A stretch of DNA of 64,000 nt from the NCBI GenBank assembly GCA_965223325.1, contig CBDCWI010000002.1:1536001-1600000 (forward strand), read 5' to 3'. Of the stretch, positions 41,392-50,503 are shown one piece after another. The stretch is from Candidatus Multivoradales bacterium. GTDB taxonomy: Bacteria; Acidobacteriota; Thermoanaerobaculia; Multivoradales; Multivoraceae. A program made the position numbers and the translations under genes. The notes beneath the pieces were generated by a model. That model was not told where the DNA came from. It saw only the letters and a program-made list of their open reading frames with translations, and made no database searches. Each line of letters begins with the position of its first letter. Position 1 is the first letter of the stretch.

Positions 41392-41572
41392 TTCTTAGGC
41401 CCCATGTATGGAACCCGTGTTTGCTCAGGGATGTGTTGACTCGATGTGCTGCAAACCGGGGAGTTCCGATTTGGTAGTGAAAGAGGACTATAGGGACGAC
41501 TTTGGGACCACGTCAAGAGGTCAAGGGCAATCTCGACCGGGCGTTCGGTAAGAAATCGGGCGCTTTATTTGG

Positions 41573-42169
41573 GCCATCTACGGTTACCTTGGTGACACGC
41601 CCCGGCTACTCGAAGTTCGCCAGTACTTCGAACAGTCCGTCCTGGGCCCCAAGCCCGACGAAGCGTCCTACGGTGGCGACCTCAGCTGGCATCTCGACCC
41701 GATGGATCCACTCTGGATCAACCCCCAGGGAGCTACCCGCGGTGGCCTGATCATCGACGGCCTGATACCAGACGACATGCGACGCAACGGCTCCTTTGCG
41801 ACCCCACCTCCCAATCAGAGCCCCTACCACTGGGAAGGCATCCAGGGCCTGGTCATGGCGGCGCGGATTCTCGATCTGGTCGGCCATCCGATCTGGGAGC
41901 TGGCGGACCGTGCGCTCTACCGGGCCGTTCTAGTCCTCCAGGACACCTACGAGCTCACCTACGGTGGCTGGCGGGCAGAGGGCGACGACCAATGGATGCT
42001 GCCGTTTTTCGACCAGGCATATGGCTCGAACTGGAGCGCAGCTTACGACCCATGTACGAGCCGGGTTTTCGAACACGGCAAGAACGCCGGCTGGGGCTGG
42101 GTAACCCTTTCTTCGACCATCTTTGCCGACGGCTTCGAGACCGGCACGACAGCCGCCTGGTCGAGTTGA
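41573..42169 (+). pseudogene. 3' half of the interrupted lyase-like protein
   Basis: AIYGYLGD..GDLSW..INP..DGLIPDDMRR..YHWEGIQG..GKNAGW; ends IFADGFETGTTAAWSS; open from 41573. Confidence 0.8.
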
Positions 42170-42185
42170 GAAGCGGACTCCCGCG

Positions 42186-43385
42186 TCAAGGCACGAGCGT
42201 GACCAGGTCGCGGGCGACCTCGAGACCCCGCTCGAGAATCGGGTCGGAGCCGGGAGCGTAGGGTTCTGAGGCTTCGACCGGCACGTCGGGTTCCACGCAG
42301 TGGCCCTCGAGCAGTTTGGAGTAGGTCGCCAGCTCGATAGCTGGAAACATGAGCACCGTCTCAGGCGAAACCTCGGCAAAGCTCGCCGGCAAAACCGCGC
42401 CGGCTGTGCACTCTCCCACCAGCGTCGCCAAGCCGCGCTTCTCGAGCTCGTAGGCCATCATGTCCTTGGCGCTGCGCGAGTTGCGATCGATGAGTGCGAT
42501 GACCGGGCGATCCCACAGCCGATCATCGCCTTCGAGCAGATTGAGCAGGCCGTAAACCACCAGAGGAGTGCCGCCGCGCCCGCGAAGGTCGATCATCAAC
42601 ACGTCGGCCTCGGCAAGCGGGCCAGACAGCGCTTCTTTCACCAGGTCGACCAGGCCATTGATGTGGATGAACCAGAGGTGCACATAGCCGACCTCGAGAC
42701 CCTCCCGCTCGAACACCCGCACGCTTTCTCTTGCGGCCGCGAAGCTACCCCAGGTTGCCACGCGTATCTCGAGCTGCTCCTCACCTGCTGGCGTGTCGAT
42801 GAGTAGTTCGACGGTCTCGCCGCCGTCGGCCAGAACGAGGTGCTTTGGCGGGTCGGGCAAAGCCGAATCGTCGGTGCGCCAGTCGAGGCGCGGCGACTCA
42901 GCTGGCGGTCGCCCGTCGATCGCGAGGACGCGATGGCCACGGCGAAGGCCCGCCTTTGCCGCTGGTCCACCCTCGAGGACCCAGGTTGCATGAAAGTCAT
43001 CGCCGAAGCGTTCGAGTTCAAAGCCCAGAGTGGGTCCCGAGTCACTCCACAGTTCGCGCCAGAAGTGCTCATGCGCCGCCTTTGAGAGTAGACCCAGATG
43101 CGACACCGGCAGCTGCTGTAGGAGGCGGTCTGCCACCTCGCGTTCCTCGTGCAATGTCTCGGCAGCCCTTGCCTCAGGGAGGAGTTCGGCAACCATCGCC
43201 GGGATCTTTCCCCGCAGCTGTTCGTCGAAGAAGCTGGCCTCCAACACTTCGGCGACACGTTCGAGTAGCGTCTCGCCCTCGAGTTCGTACTGCATGAGAG
43301 GCGGCTGAGCCGCGGCAGGGCCGGCGATGATAAGCCCAAACAAGACGACGGCAAACATCCCACCCAATGATCTCGACCTGAACAA
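42186..43385 (-). CDS. S41-family peptidase with PDZ domain
   Basis: SHL, GGPAAKAGL, IDLRGRGG, SRSAKD, GE.TAG and VEPD motifs. Confidence 0.88.
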   Translation of the reverse strand: MFRSRSLGGMFAVVLFGLIIAGPAAAQPPLMQYELEGETLLERVAEVLEASFFDEQLRGKIPAMVAELLPEARAAETLHEEREVADRLLQQLPVSHLGLLSKAAHEHFWRELWSDSGPTLGFELERFGDDFHATWVLEGGPAAKAGLRRGHRVLAIDGRPPAESPRLDWRTDDSALPDPPKHLVLADGGETVELLIDTPAGEEQLEIRVATWGSFAAARESVRVFEREGLEVGYVHLWFIHINGLVDLVKEALSGPLAEADVLMIDLRGRGGTPLVVYGLLNLLEGDDRLWDRPVIALIDRNSRSAKDMMAYELEKRGLATLVGECTAGAVLPASFAEVSPETVLMFPAIELATYSKLLEGHCVEPDVPVEASEPYAPGSDPILERGLEVARDLVTLVP

Positions 43386-43439
43386 AGCTCGTTCCCCCCT
43401 CGACGTTTAGCCTAAGAACGGTGGGCAGCCACGCGAGTT

Positions 43440-43958
43440 TCAGCGGCTCGGTGACTCGTCGGGAGGCACCTTGATCGGCGCGCCGGCCAGGGGTCGTTCG
43501 AGGAGCACGTAGTCAGCCACAGGCTCTCCACCCAGTAGGTGTTCCTGGAGGATGCGTTCGAGGACCGGTGGATCACAGGAGTGGTACCAGACACCTTCGG
43601 GGTAAACGACCGCCACAGGTCCCGCGCTGCAGACCCTGAGACAGCTCGCGCGGCTCCTCAGAATGCGACCGTCGTCGGCGAGGCCGAGCTCGCGCAGCCG
43701 GGACTTCAGGTACTTCCAAGCGGCGATCGAGCGCTCGGATGTGCAGCATTTCGGCTTGGCCGGATCGACACACAAGAAAATGTGCCGTGCCGCCCTTCGA
43801 GCACCAATGAGCTCGAGTTTCTCGTGAGCCGCCCGAAGCTCAAGCGCGTGCTGCTCGTCGGGCGACTCACCGGTTGGTTCGCCGGCAGGCTCAGTCTCAC
43901 TGGGCGCGGTGCGCCCTCCGGAGGGTTCTCCGGCCGTTTCTGGAGGGGTTTCGGACAC
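43440..43958 (-). CDS. Thioredoxin-like [2Fe-2S] ferredoxin
   Basis: [24 protein letters not shown] and EHL..G motifs. Confidence 0.88.
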   Translation of the reverse strand: MSETPPETAGEPSGGRTAPSETEPAGEPTGESPDEQHALELRAAHEKLELIGARRAARHIFLCVDPAKPKCCTSERSIAAWKYLKSRLRELGLADDGRILRSRASCLRVCSAGPVAVVYPEGVWYHSCDPPVLERILQEHLLGGEPVADYVLLERPLAGAPIKVPPDESPSR

Positions 43959-43978
43959 CGCGCGAGCTGACCTGGGAG

Positions 43979-44530
43979 CTAGCTCGCCAGAGGGTGGTTG
44001 CGGTTCCAGATGTTGCGGTGGATCTTCCAGGAGCCGTCAGGTTGACGCTCCATCAGGTTGAACCATTTGCCGACCTGCTCGACTGCCTCACTGCCATCTG
44101 CAGGGTGTTGGACGACCGCCCAGTCGCCGCGTACCAAGGCCATGTCGCCGGAGATCTCAGTCTCTTCGATGTTGACGGTGATCTCGATATCGGCGGCTTC
44201 GAAGGTCTGTTCGATGTCGACGCGAATCTTGCCGAGCCCCTGAAAGGCCGGCGCATCGGGCGGCATGCGGATCGCGTCGTCCGTGAAAAGCGTCAGGAAC
44301 AAGTCGACGTCTTCGGTGAGGTAGGCCTCGACGAAAGTGCCGACCACAGCGTTGATGGCCTTGATGTTGGCCTCGCGAGAGTAGGCATCGGTCGCAGCCT
44401 GGGCCTCGGACGGAACGTCGACCGCACTGGTTTCGTTGGCGGCCGGTTGGCAGGCAGCCAGGGCAACGAGAACGACAACTGACAGGACGGGCAACAACAT
44501 CCGGATCGTCAAGGTGTGCATACGCTTCAT
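43979..44530 (-). CDS. NTF2-like (DUF4440/YybH) lipoprotein
   Basis: LAAC lipobox; FTDDA..PP and RQPDGSWKI motifs; GGAGG before ATG 44530. Confidence 0.82.
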   Translation of the reverse strand: MKRMHTLTIRMLLPVLSVVVLVALAACQPAANETSAVDVPSEAQAATDAYSREANIKAINAVVGTFVEAYLTEDVDLFLTLFTDDAIRMPPDAPAFQGLGKIRVDIEQTFEAADIEITVNIEETEISGDMALVRGDWAVVQHPADGSEAVEQVGKWFNLMERQPDGSWKIHRNIWNRNHPLAS

Positions 44531-44666
44531 GGTGCAGCCTCCAAAGTAGTGGAGTGGATCACTCAAATTAGCAGGGAATTGCGGTGCTCTCCGGTATTCC
44601 GACCGGCCGTTCGGATGATCGGTTCCCATGCATGAAGCGGCCAAACGCACCGGTCGACCCGTTTTC

Positions 44667-44697
44667 GCGTAATTTTACGCCTCTCTTACGCTACAAT
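44667..44697 (+). promoter_or_regulatory. dnaE2 promoter with TTACGC repeats
   Basis: GCGTAA-TT-TTACGC-N5-TTACGC directly followed by a TACAAT -10 box. Confidence 0.6.
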
Positions 44698-44717
44698 GTT
44701 CGACCCTCGAGCAGATC

Positions 44718-47700
44718 ATGTCCGACAACCCCACATCCAAAAGGCCCCCACCCGGGTCCCCACCCGGGTCCGAGGCTGTCGGTACGCCTGCTCGTGACCT
44801 GGGGATCGCCGCCGAGGGGGGCTACGGCTACGGCATGCTGGGTTCAGACGGCAGTGGCCGGGGTTATCTCTCGCCGGGGGCGCGCAAGGAGAAACGGAGA
44901 CAACGCAACTACGAACGCGGTGTTCGGCGGGTGCGCAGCAAACGTCCCTATGTCGAGCTGCGCTCCTGCTCGTCGTTCTCATTTCTGCGCGGTTCTTCCG
45001 AGCCCGAAGACTTGATCGCAGCGGCAGCGGAGCGGGGACTCGAAGCAGCGGCGCTGCTCGATCGCAACGGTGTCTATGGTGCACCACGGTTCTACAAAGC
45101 CGCTCGTCAAGCTGGGGTGCGGGCATTGGTCGGTGCCGAAGTCGTCGTCGAAGGCCCGCCATTCGCACCGGCGTTTTCGGCGCGTCATCTCGAGAAGAAC
45201 CCCGACAGCGAGGTGCGACTGTCGCTTCTGGTTCGCAATCAGGTTGGCTACAAGAACCTCTGCCGGCTGCTCTCTGCCGGAGCTCTCGGCCGCCCTAAAG
45301 GCGAGGCGCGCGTCAGCCTGGTTGACCTGGAAAGGCATGGCGAAGGCCTGCACTGTCTGACTGGTGCACCAGGCGGCACCGTCGCCGCCACCCTGGCTGG
45401 ATCGTCGGGACCCGGTAACTCACACGTCTTGGCGTTCGAGCGCGCCCGCCGGGTCCTCGAGCGCCTGCACGCCATCTACGACGGACGGCTGCACGTTGAG
45501 TTGCAGCGTCATGGCCTGCGTGCCGAAGAACATCGCAACCGTGCGCTCGAGGGGTTGGCGCGCGCCCTCCGCTTGCCGATCGTGGCGACCAATGGAGTGC
45601 GCTACGCCACCCTGGACGACAAACCCCTCCACGATGTCATGACCTGCATTCGCCATCACACGACCCTCGATGCTGCCGGAGCCATTCTGGCCCCCGAGCG
45701 CCAGCGGGCGTTCTGTGACCCGCTCATCATGAACCGGCGCTTCGCTGACCTTCCTCATGCCCTTGACGCCAGCTACGAACTGGCCGCCGAGCTCGATTTC
45801 ACGCTCGCCGACCTCGGCTACCGGTTTCCGGACTACCCGCTGCCGCCCGGCGAGACTCCGGCGTCGTACCTGCGCCATCTGACCTGGAACGGCGCCCGCG
45901 CCCGCTTCCGACCGTTGACTGCCAAGGCCCAGCGTCAGATCGAGAAGGAACTGGCAATGATCGAGAAGCTCGAGCTCGCGGGCTACTTCCTGATCGTCCA
46001 CGACCTGGTCATGTTCTGCAAACGACGAGGCATCCTGGCGCAGGGGCGGGGCTCGGCGGCCAACAGTGCGGTTTGCTATGCGCTCTCGATCACCGCGGTC
46101 GACCCAGTGAAGATGGGGCTTCTTTTCGAGCGATTCCTATCGGAAGAACGCGGCGAGTGGCCGGACATTGACCTCGACCTGCCGTCTGGAGACCAACGCG
46201 AAAGTGTTATCCAGTACGTCTACCAGCGCTACGGCCCGAAGGAGGGCGGCGGCTATGGCGCCGCAATGACCGCTAACGTGATCACCTACCGTGACCGCAT
46301 GGCGGCACGGGAAGTTTCGAAGGCGCTGGGCTACTCGGCCGAACAGGTCGACGCGCTGTCGAAGAAGCTCGGCAGCTGGCACTACGACATCCGACGCGGC
46401 GACCAGAAGGCGCTAGCCGAAGAGTTCACGACATTGGGCTTCGACCCAGAAGAACCACGCCTCCAGCTGTTCGCCCGCATGTGGCTCGAAATCCAGAACC
46501 ACCCGCGCCACCTCGGTCAACACTCGGGTGGCATGGTGATCGCCGCCGGGCGACTCGACGAGATCGTGCCACTCGAACCCGCAGCCATGGAGGATCGCGT
46601 CGTCGTGCAGTGGGACAAGGACGACTGCGCAGACCTCGGCCTCATCAAGGTCGATCTCCTCGGCCTCGGCATGTTGTGTGCGCTCGAAGAAGCCGTGCCG
46701 CTCGTGCGCCTGCACGAGAAGGTCAACCTCGACCTTGCCCATCTCCCACCAGACGACCCCAAGACCTACGCCATGCTGCAGAAGGCCGACACGGTCGGTG
46801 TTTTTCAGGTCGAGAGCCGCGCTCAGATGGCGTCGCTACCACGCAATAAGCCGGAGCGCTTCTACGACCTGGTCATACAGGTCGCGATCATTCGCCCCGG
46901 GCCGATCGTCGGCAAGATGGCCCACCCCTATTTCGAACGTCGCATGGGGCGCGAAAAGGTGACCTACCCCGACCCGAGCCTCGAGCCGGTCCTCGAACGC
47001 ACTCTTGGTGTACCGATTTTCCAGGAGCAGATCTTGCGCATGGCGATGGTCGCAGCCGGCTTCAGCGGCGGCGAGGCCGAAGAGCTACGGCGCGCGATGG
47101 GCTTCAAGCGCTCGATGGAAAAGATGGACGAGATCGAGAAACGTCTACGCAGTGGCATGCAGGAACGTGGCATTCACGGTGAAGCGCAGGACCGTATCGT
47201 GCAGTCGATCACCGCGTTCGCGCTCTACGGCTTCCCCGAGTCCCATGCCGCCAGTTTCGCGCTCATCGCCTACGCCAGCGCCTACTTGAAGTGCCACCAC
47301 CCGACGGCCTTCTTCATGTCGCTACTCAATGCCTGGCCGATGGGCTTCTACCACCCGGCCAGCCTGGTCAAAGAGGCACAGCGCGCCGGTTCGGCGGTGC
47401 TTCCGATCGACGTTGTGCGCTCGGGCTGGCGCTGCCGCTGGGAAAAGGAGCCAGAGAAGGCGAAGCGCGCGGGTGCGATCCGGCTCGGGCTGCGTTACGT
47501 CCAGGGTCTGCGGCAAGAAGCAGGCGAAGCGATCGAGACCGAACAGACCAAGAGGCCTTTCAGGAACGTCGAAGACCTGGTCGACCGGGCCGAGCTGCGC
47601 GCCGAAGAAGCACGCTCACTGGCTCGCCTCGGTGCCCTCGCCAGCCTGGCGTCATCGACGAACGACCAACCCGGAGCCGCAGGCAAACTCACCCGTCGCC

Positions 47701-48203
47701 AGGCCCTCTGGCAAGTCGCCCGCGCGACCCGCCCACAGGGGCCGATGTTTCAGGGTCTCGAAGACAGAGCCGCCTCACCGCTCAGGGAGATGACGCAGTT
47801 CGAAGAGACCCTGGCCGACTTCGAAGTTTCTTCGATCACCACCGGCAAGCACCCGATCACCTACTACCGCGAAGATCTCACCCGCCTGGAGGTCCGCAGA
47901 GCCTCGGAACTCGACGACGTTCCTGCAGGCCAGAGCGTTCGCATCGCGGGCTCGGTGATCGTGCGGCAACGACCGGGAACGGCCAAGGGGCTTCTCTTTC
48001 TCACCCTCGAAGACGAAACCGGCATGATTCAGGCAATCGTCATGCCGGACCTCCTGCGCGAGTACCGCAACATGATCGTGCGCTCGGCGGGCCTCATCGT
48101 CGAAGGCGTGATGCAACGCCTCGACGGTTCCACCTCGGTGAAGGCCGATCGCCTCTGGCCGCTCTCACGGCTGACGGCAATTCCCAGCCACGACTTTCAC
48201 TGA
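44718..48203 (+). CDS. dnaE2: Error-prone DNA polymerase DnaE2 (ImuC)
   Basis: GRGSAANS, PDIDLD, KVDLLGLGML, YGFPESHA, RQRPGTAKG and C-terminal SHDFH. Confidence 0.96.
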   Translation: MSDNPTSKRPPPGSPPGSEAVGTPARDLGIAAEGGYGYGMLGSDGSGRGYLSPGARKEKRRQRNYERGVRRVRSKRPYVELRSCSSFSFLRGSSEPEDLIAAAAERGLEAAALLDRNGVYGAPRFYKAARQAGVRALVGAEVVVEGPPFAPAFSARHLEKNPDSEVRLSLLVRNQVGYKNLCRLLSAGALGRPKGEARVSLVDLERHGEGLHCLTGAPGGTVAATLAGSSGPGNSHVLAFERARRVLERLHAIYDGRLHVELQRHGLRAEEHRNRALEGLARALRLPIVATNGVRYATLDDKPLHDVMTCIRHHTTLDAAGAILAPERQRAFCDPLIMNRRFADLPHALDASYELAAELDFTLADLGYRFPDYPLPPGETPASYLRHLTWNGARARFRPLTAKAQRQIEKELAMIEKLELAGYFLIVHDLVMFCKRRGILAQGRGSAANSAVCYALSITAVDPVKMGLLFERFLSEERGEWPDIDLDLPSGDQRESVIQYVYQRYGPKEGGGYGAAMTANVITYRDRMAAREVSKALGYSAEQVDALSKKLGSWHYDIRRGDQKALAEEFTTLGFDPEEPRLQLFARMWLEIQNHPRHLGQHSGGMVIAAGRLDEIVPLEPAAMEDRVVVQWDKDDCADLGLIKVDLLGLGMLCALEEAVPLVRLHEKVNLDLAHLPPDDPKTYAMLQKADTVGVFQVESRAQMASLPRNKPERFYDLVIQVAIIRPGPIVGKMAHPYFERRMGREKVTYPDPSLEPVLERTLGVPIFQEQILRMAMVAAGFSGGEAEELRRAMGFKRSMEKMDEIEKRLRSGMQERGIHGEAQDRIVQSITAFALYGFPESHAASFALIAYASAYLKCHHPTAFFMSLLNAWPMGFYHPASLVKEAQRAGSAVLPIDVVRSGWRCRWEKEPEKAKRAGAIRLGLRYVQGLRQEAGEAIETEQTKRPFRNVEDLVDRAELRAEEARSLARLGALASLASSTNDQPGAAGKLTRRQALWQVARATRPQGPMFQGLEDRAASPLREMTQFEETLADFEVSSITTGKHPITYYREDLTRLEVRRASELDDVPAGQSVRIAGSVIVRQRPGTAKGLLFLTLEDETGMIQAIVMPDLLREYRNMIVRSAGLIVEGVMQRLDGSTSVKADRLWPLSRLTAIPSHDFH

Positions 48204-48254
48204 GCCGAGTCGTTCAATTCGAGAACCCACCAACGCGCATTCCGAAACGCTGAC

Positions 48255-50267
48255 CTAGATTGCTGGTCGGAAGAAGAACTCGCCGCCCTCGTGCCGACTG
48301 CGACGAATGCCACCGAAGTCGGGTTCCTGAACAAAACCGGGCTGACCCGCACGCTCCATGTAGGCGCGCGTCGACTCAGACACCTGAGCACGGACCTGCC
48401 GGAAGAGCTGCTGCCCCGACAGCGGCTGCTCGCTGCTTCGCAGAACCTCGAGAAAGTACTTTGCAAACACAGAATGCTCGCCGCCGCCCTCATCGAGCAC
48501 CGGCTGAAGCGATCCCGACGACAGCACCAGGCGTGCGGTCTTCCGGTTCAGCGACTCCATCCATGCCGCCTGGGCCTGGAGGTCGTCGCTGTCCGGGCGT
48601 GCTGCAGCCGCTCCCACCAACCACCCCGAGAAGCACGAGTCGGCAACTACCAGGACCCCACGTGCCTCGAGCCGATTGAGATGGCGGGCGATCTCGGATG
48701 TCGGTATCCAGTTCGCGACCCGCTTCTGTTCGCCGTCGACCGGCACCCAGTACATCTCTGGCTCGAGCAGGTTCTCGCCCTTCTCGAGAAAACCGTGTCC
48801 GGCGTAGTAGATCAAGAGGTTGTCGGCTGGCGTGATCTTCTCGGACAGCTCCTCGAGGGCACTCAGGATGTCGAGACGAATGGCATCGTAGACCTCGATG
48901 ACTTCCTTGAAGCCGTAGCGCTCGCGCAGCACCTGCGCCACCGCCCGCGCATCGCCGAGGGCAGTTTCGAGCCGCGGCCAGTACTGATAGTCGTTGCTAC
49001 CAATGACCAGGCCGTAGTACGTACCCCCGAGCAGTCTGGGCGTGCGCACCGCCTCGGCATCACGATCGCCGTAGACGAAGGCGAACTCAAAGGCACTTCT
49101 GTTGCCCACCTGGTCGACCGCAACCAGCTCGACGGGCGTACGCTCGCCGCTGAGCGGGACCTCGACGGAAAAGAGACCTCCGGCGGTGACCCGGCCCGTG
49201 CGATCCTCGCCATTGACCATGAAACTCAGAATGCCGCTCGGCGCACGCAGCTGACCGACGATCAAGCGTTTCTCTTGACCACGTGAGCGCAACACGACCT
49301 CACGCGCGCCACGCGAAACGACCTGCTTGGGCTCGATGAGCTCGATGTCCGGACCGGCAACGGCCACTCCCTCGCGCCCTGCTGCCACCATACGAATGCG
49401 GGCTTCTTCCTGGGCGGCCCCTTGCTTCCTCGCCAGCTCTTCGTCTCGCGCAGCGACTTCGGACTCGAGCGCCGCCAGGCGCTCCTCGAGAGCTGGTCGC
49501 TCCCCGGCCTTGGTTCCAGGTGCAGAGATCCGGCGACGGAGGGCATCGATTTCGGCTTCGGCGCTCTTGGCGGCGGCCTGCTCGAGGAACAGATCAGCCG
49601 ACGACTGGAGCGGCTGGGACCGGGCCAGCTCGACGGTGCCTCCCGACTCGAGGTCGAAGGCCTGCTGGTAGAGCAGGGCGGCACGCTTCTGGTCGGCGGT
49701 CACTCCGAGGCCCTGTTCGTAGAGGAAGGCCAGATTCATCGTTGCGCGGGCGTTTCCCTGGTCGGCGGCACGCTGGTACCACTGTGCCGCCAGCTCGTAG
49801 TTGGGTTCGGTCCCCAGGCCTTCTTCGTAGATCTCGCCGACGATGGTCTGCGCCTCGGCAGAGCCTTTGCGCGCTCCATCCATCCACACCTTGAGTGCGG
49901 TCTGATAGTTCGCCCGGTCGTAGGAGGCGTACTCGCCACCCCGAATCTCGCAGTCACGAGCGGTGGTGCGCAGAGGGCGGCGCGCGGTGACGAAGGTGTT
50001 TCGGCGCCCGATCTTGCGCACCTGGCCGGGCAGCAGGCAGTCGACGATCATCAACTGGTCCGCGTGCAACGGCTTCTTCTTGTTCTTGGCGCGGCGCTGA
50101 ACTGCCGGGACCAGTCCGGGGTGACTGCCCGCTGCGATCTGAGTCACGAGGGGCAGCGGGGAAACCGGAGCCGCCGGGGAGAGCGGCTGGGCGAAAGCGA
50201 CGAGACAAAACACCGCCAGGCTGGCCGCCACCAGCAAGGGGACGGAGATCTGCGGTACACGAACCAT
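48255..50267 (-). CDS. Exported Sel1-repeat caspase-family (C14) protein
   Basis: Signal-like VPLLVAASLAVFCLVAFA; Sel1 repeats; coiled coil; YYAGHG and ADSCFSG dyad; start inferred. Confidence 0.88.
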   Translation of the reverse strand: MVRVPQISVPLLVAASLAVFCLVAFAQPLSPAAPVSPLPLVTQIAAGSHPGLVPAVQRRAKNKKKPLHADQLMIVDCLLPGQVRKIGRRNTFVTARRPLRTTARDCEIRGGEYASYDRANYQTALKVWMDGARKGSAEAQTIVGEIYEEGLGTEPNYELAAQWYQRAADQGNARATMNLAFLYEQGLGVTADQKRAALLYQQAFDLESGGTVELARSQPLQSSADLFLEQAAAKSAEAEIDALRRRISAPGTKAGERPALEERLAALESEVAARDEELARKQGAAQEEARIRMVAAGREGVAVAGPDIELIEPKQVVSRGAREVVLRSRGQEKRLIVGQLRAPSGILSFMVNGEDRTGRVTAGGLFSVEVPLSGERTPVELVAVDQVGNRSAFEFAFVYGDRDAEAVRTPRLLGGTYYGLVIGSNDYQYWPRLETALGDARAVAQVLRERYGFKEVIEVYDAIRLDILSALEELSEKITPADNLLIYYAGHGFLEKGENLLEPEMYWVPVDGEQKRVANWIPTSEIARHLNRLEARGVLVVADSCFSGWLVGAAAARPDSDDLQAQAAWMESLNRKTARLVLSSGSLQPVLDEGGGEHSVFAKYFLEVLRSSEQPLSGQQLFRQVRAQVSESTRAYMERAGQPGFVQEPDFGGIRRSRHEGGEFFFRPAI

Positions 50268-50503
50268 GGGAACCTCGATGGGCGCTAGAGACGGTCGAAA
50301 GTCCATGCTAACGGATGCCTCGACCGGAGAGGCTGCCCCAGGTACCCGGCTTTTCCGCGAAGAGACCTTGACCGCGCACCGTTCAACCTCTACCTTTGGA
50401 TTTTCGCCCAACGCCCCGGTGGGACGGCCAGACAGCCGGAGCGATGCCGAGACCTGGCGGTCGCAACACGGCGCCACAATCGAAGGAACCTCCGTTGATC
50501 CGC

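Larger units (their letters stand above)
33897..41572. mobile_element. ~7.68-kb decayed insert with recombinase remnants and cargo
   Basis: Flanks rejoin in frame (..SLA|AIYGYLGD..); contains two truncated recombinases and a frameshifted RHS gene. Confidence 0.78.
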
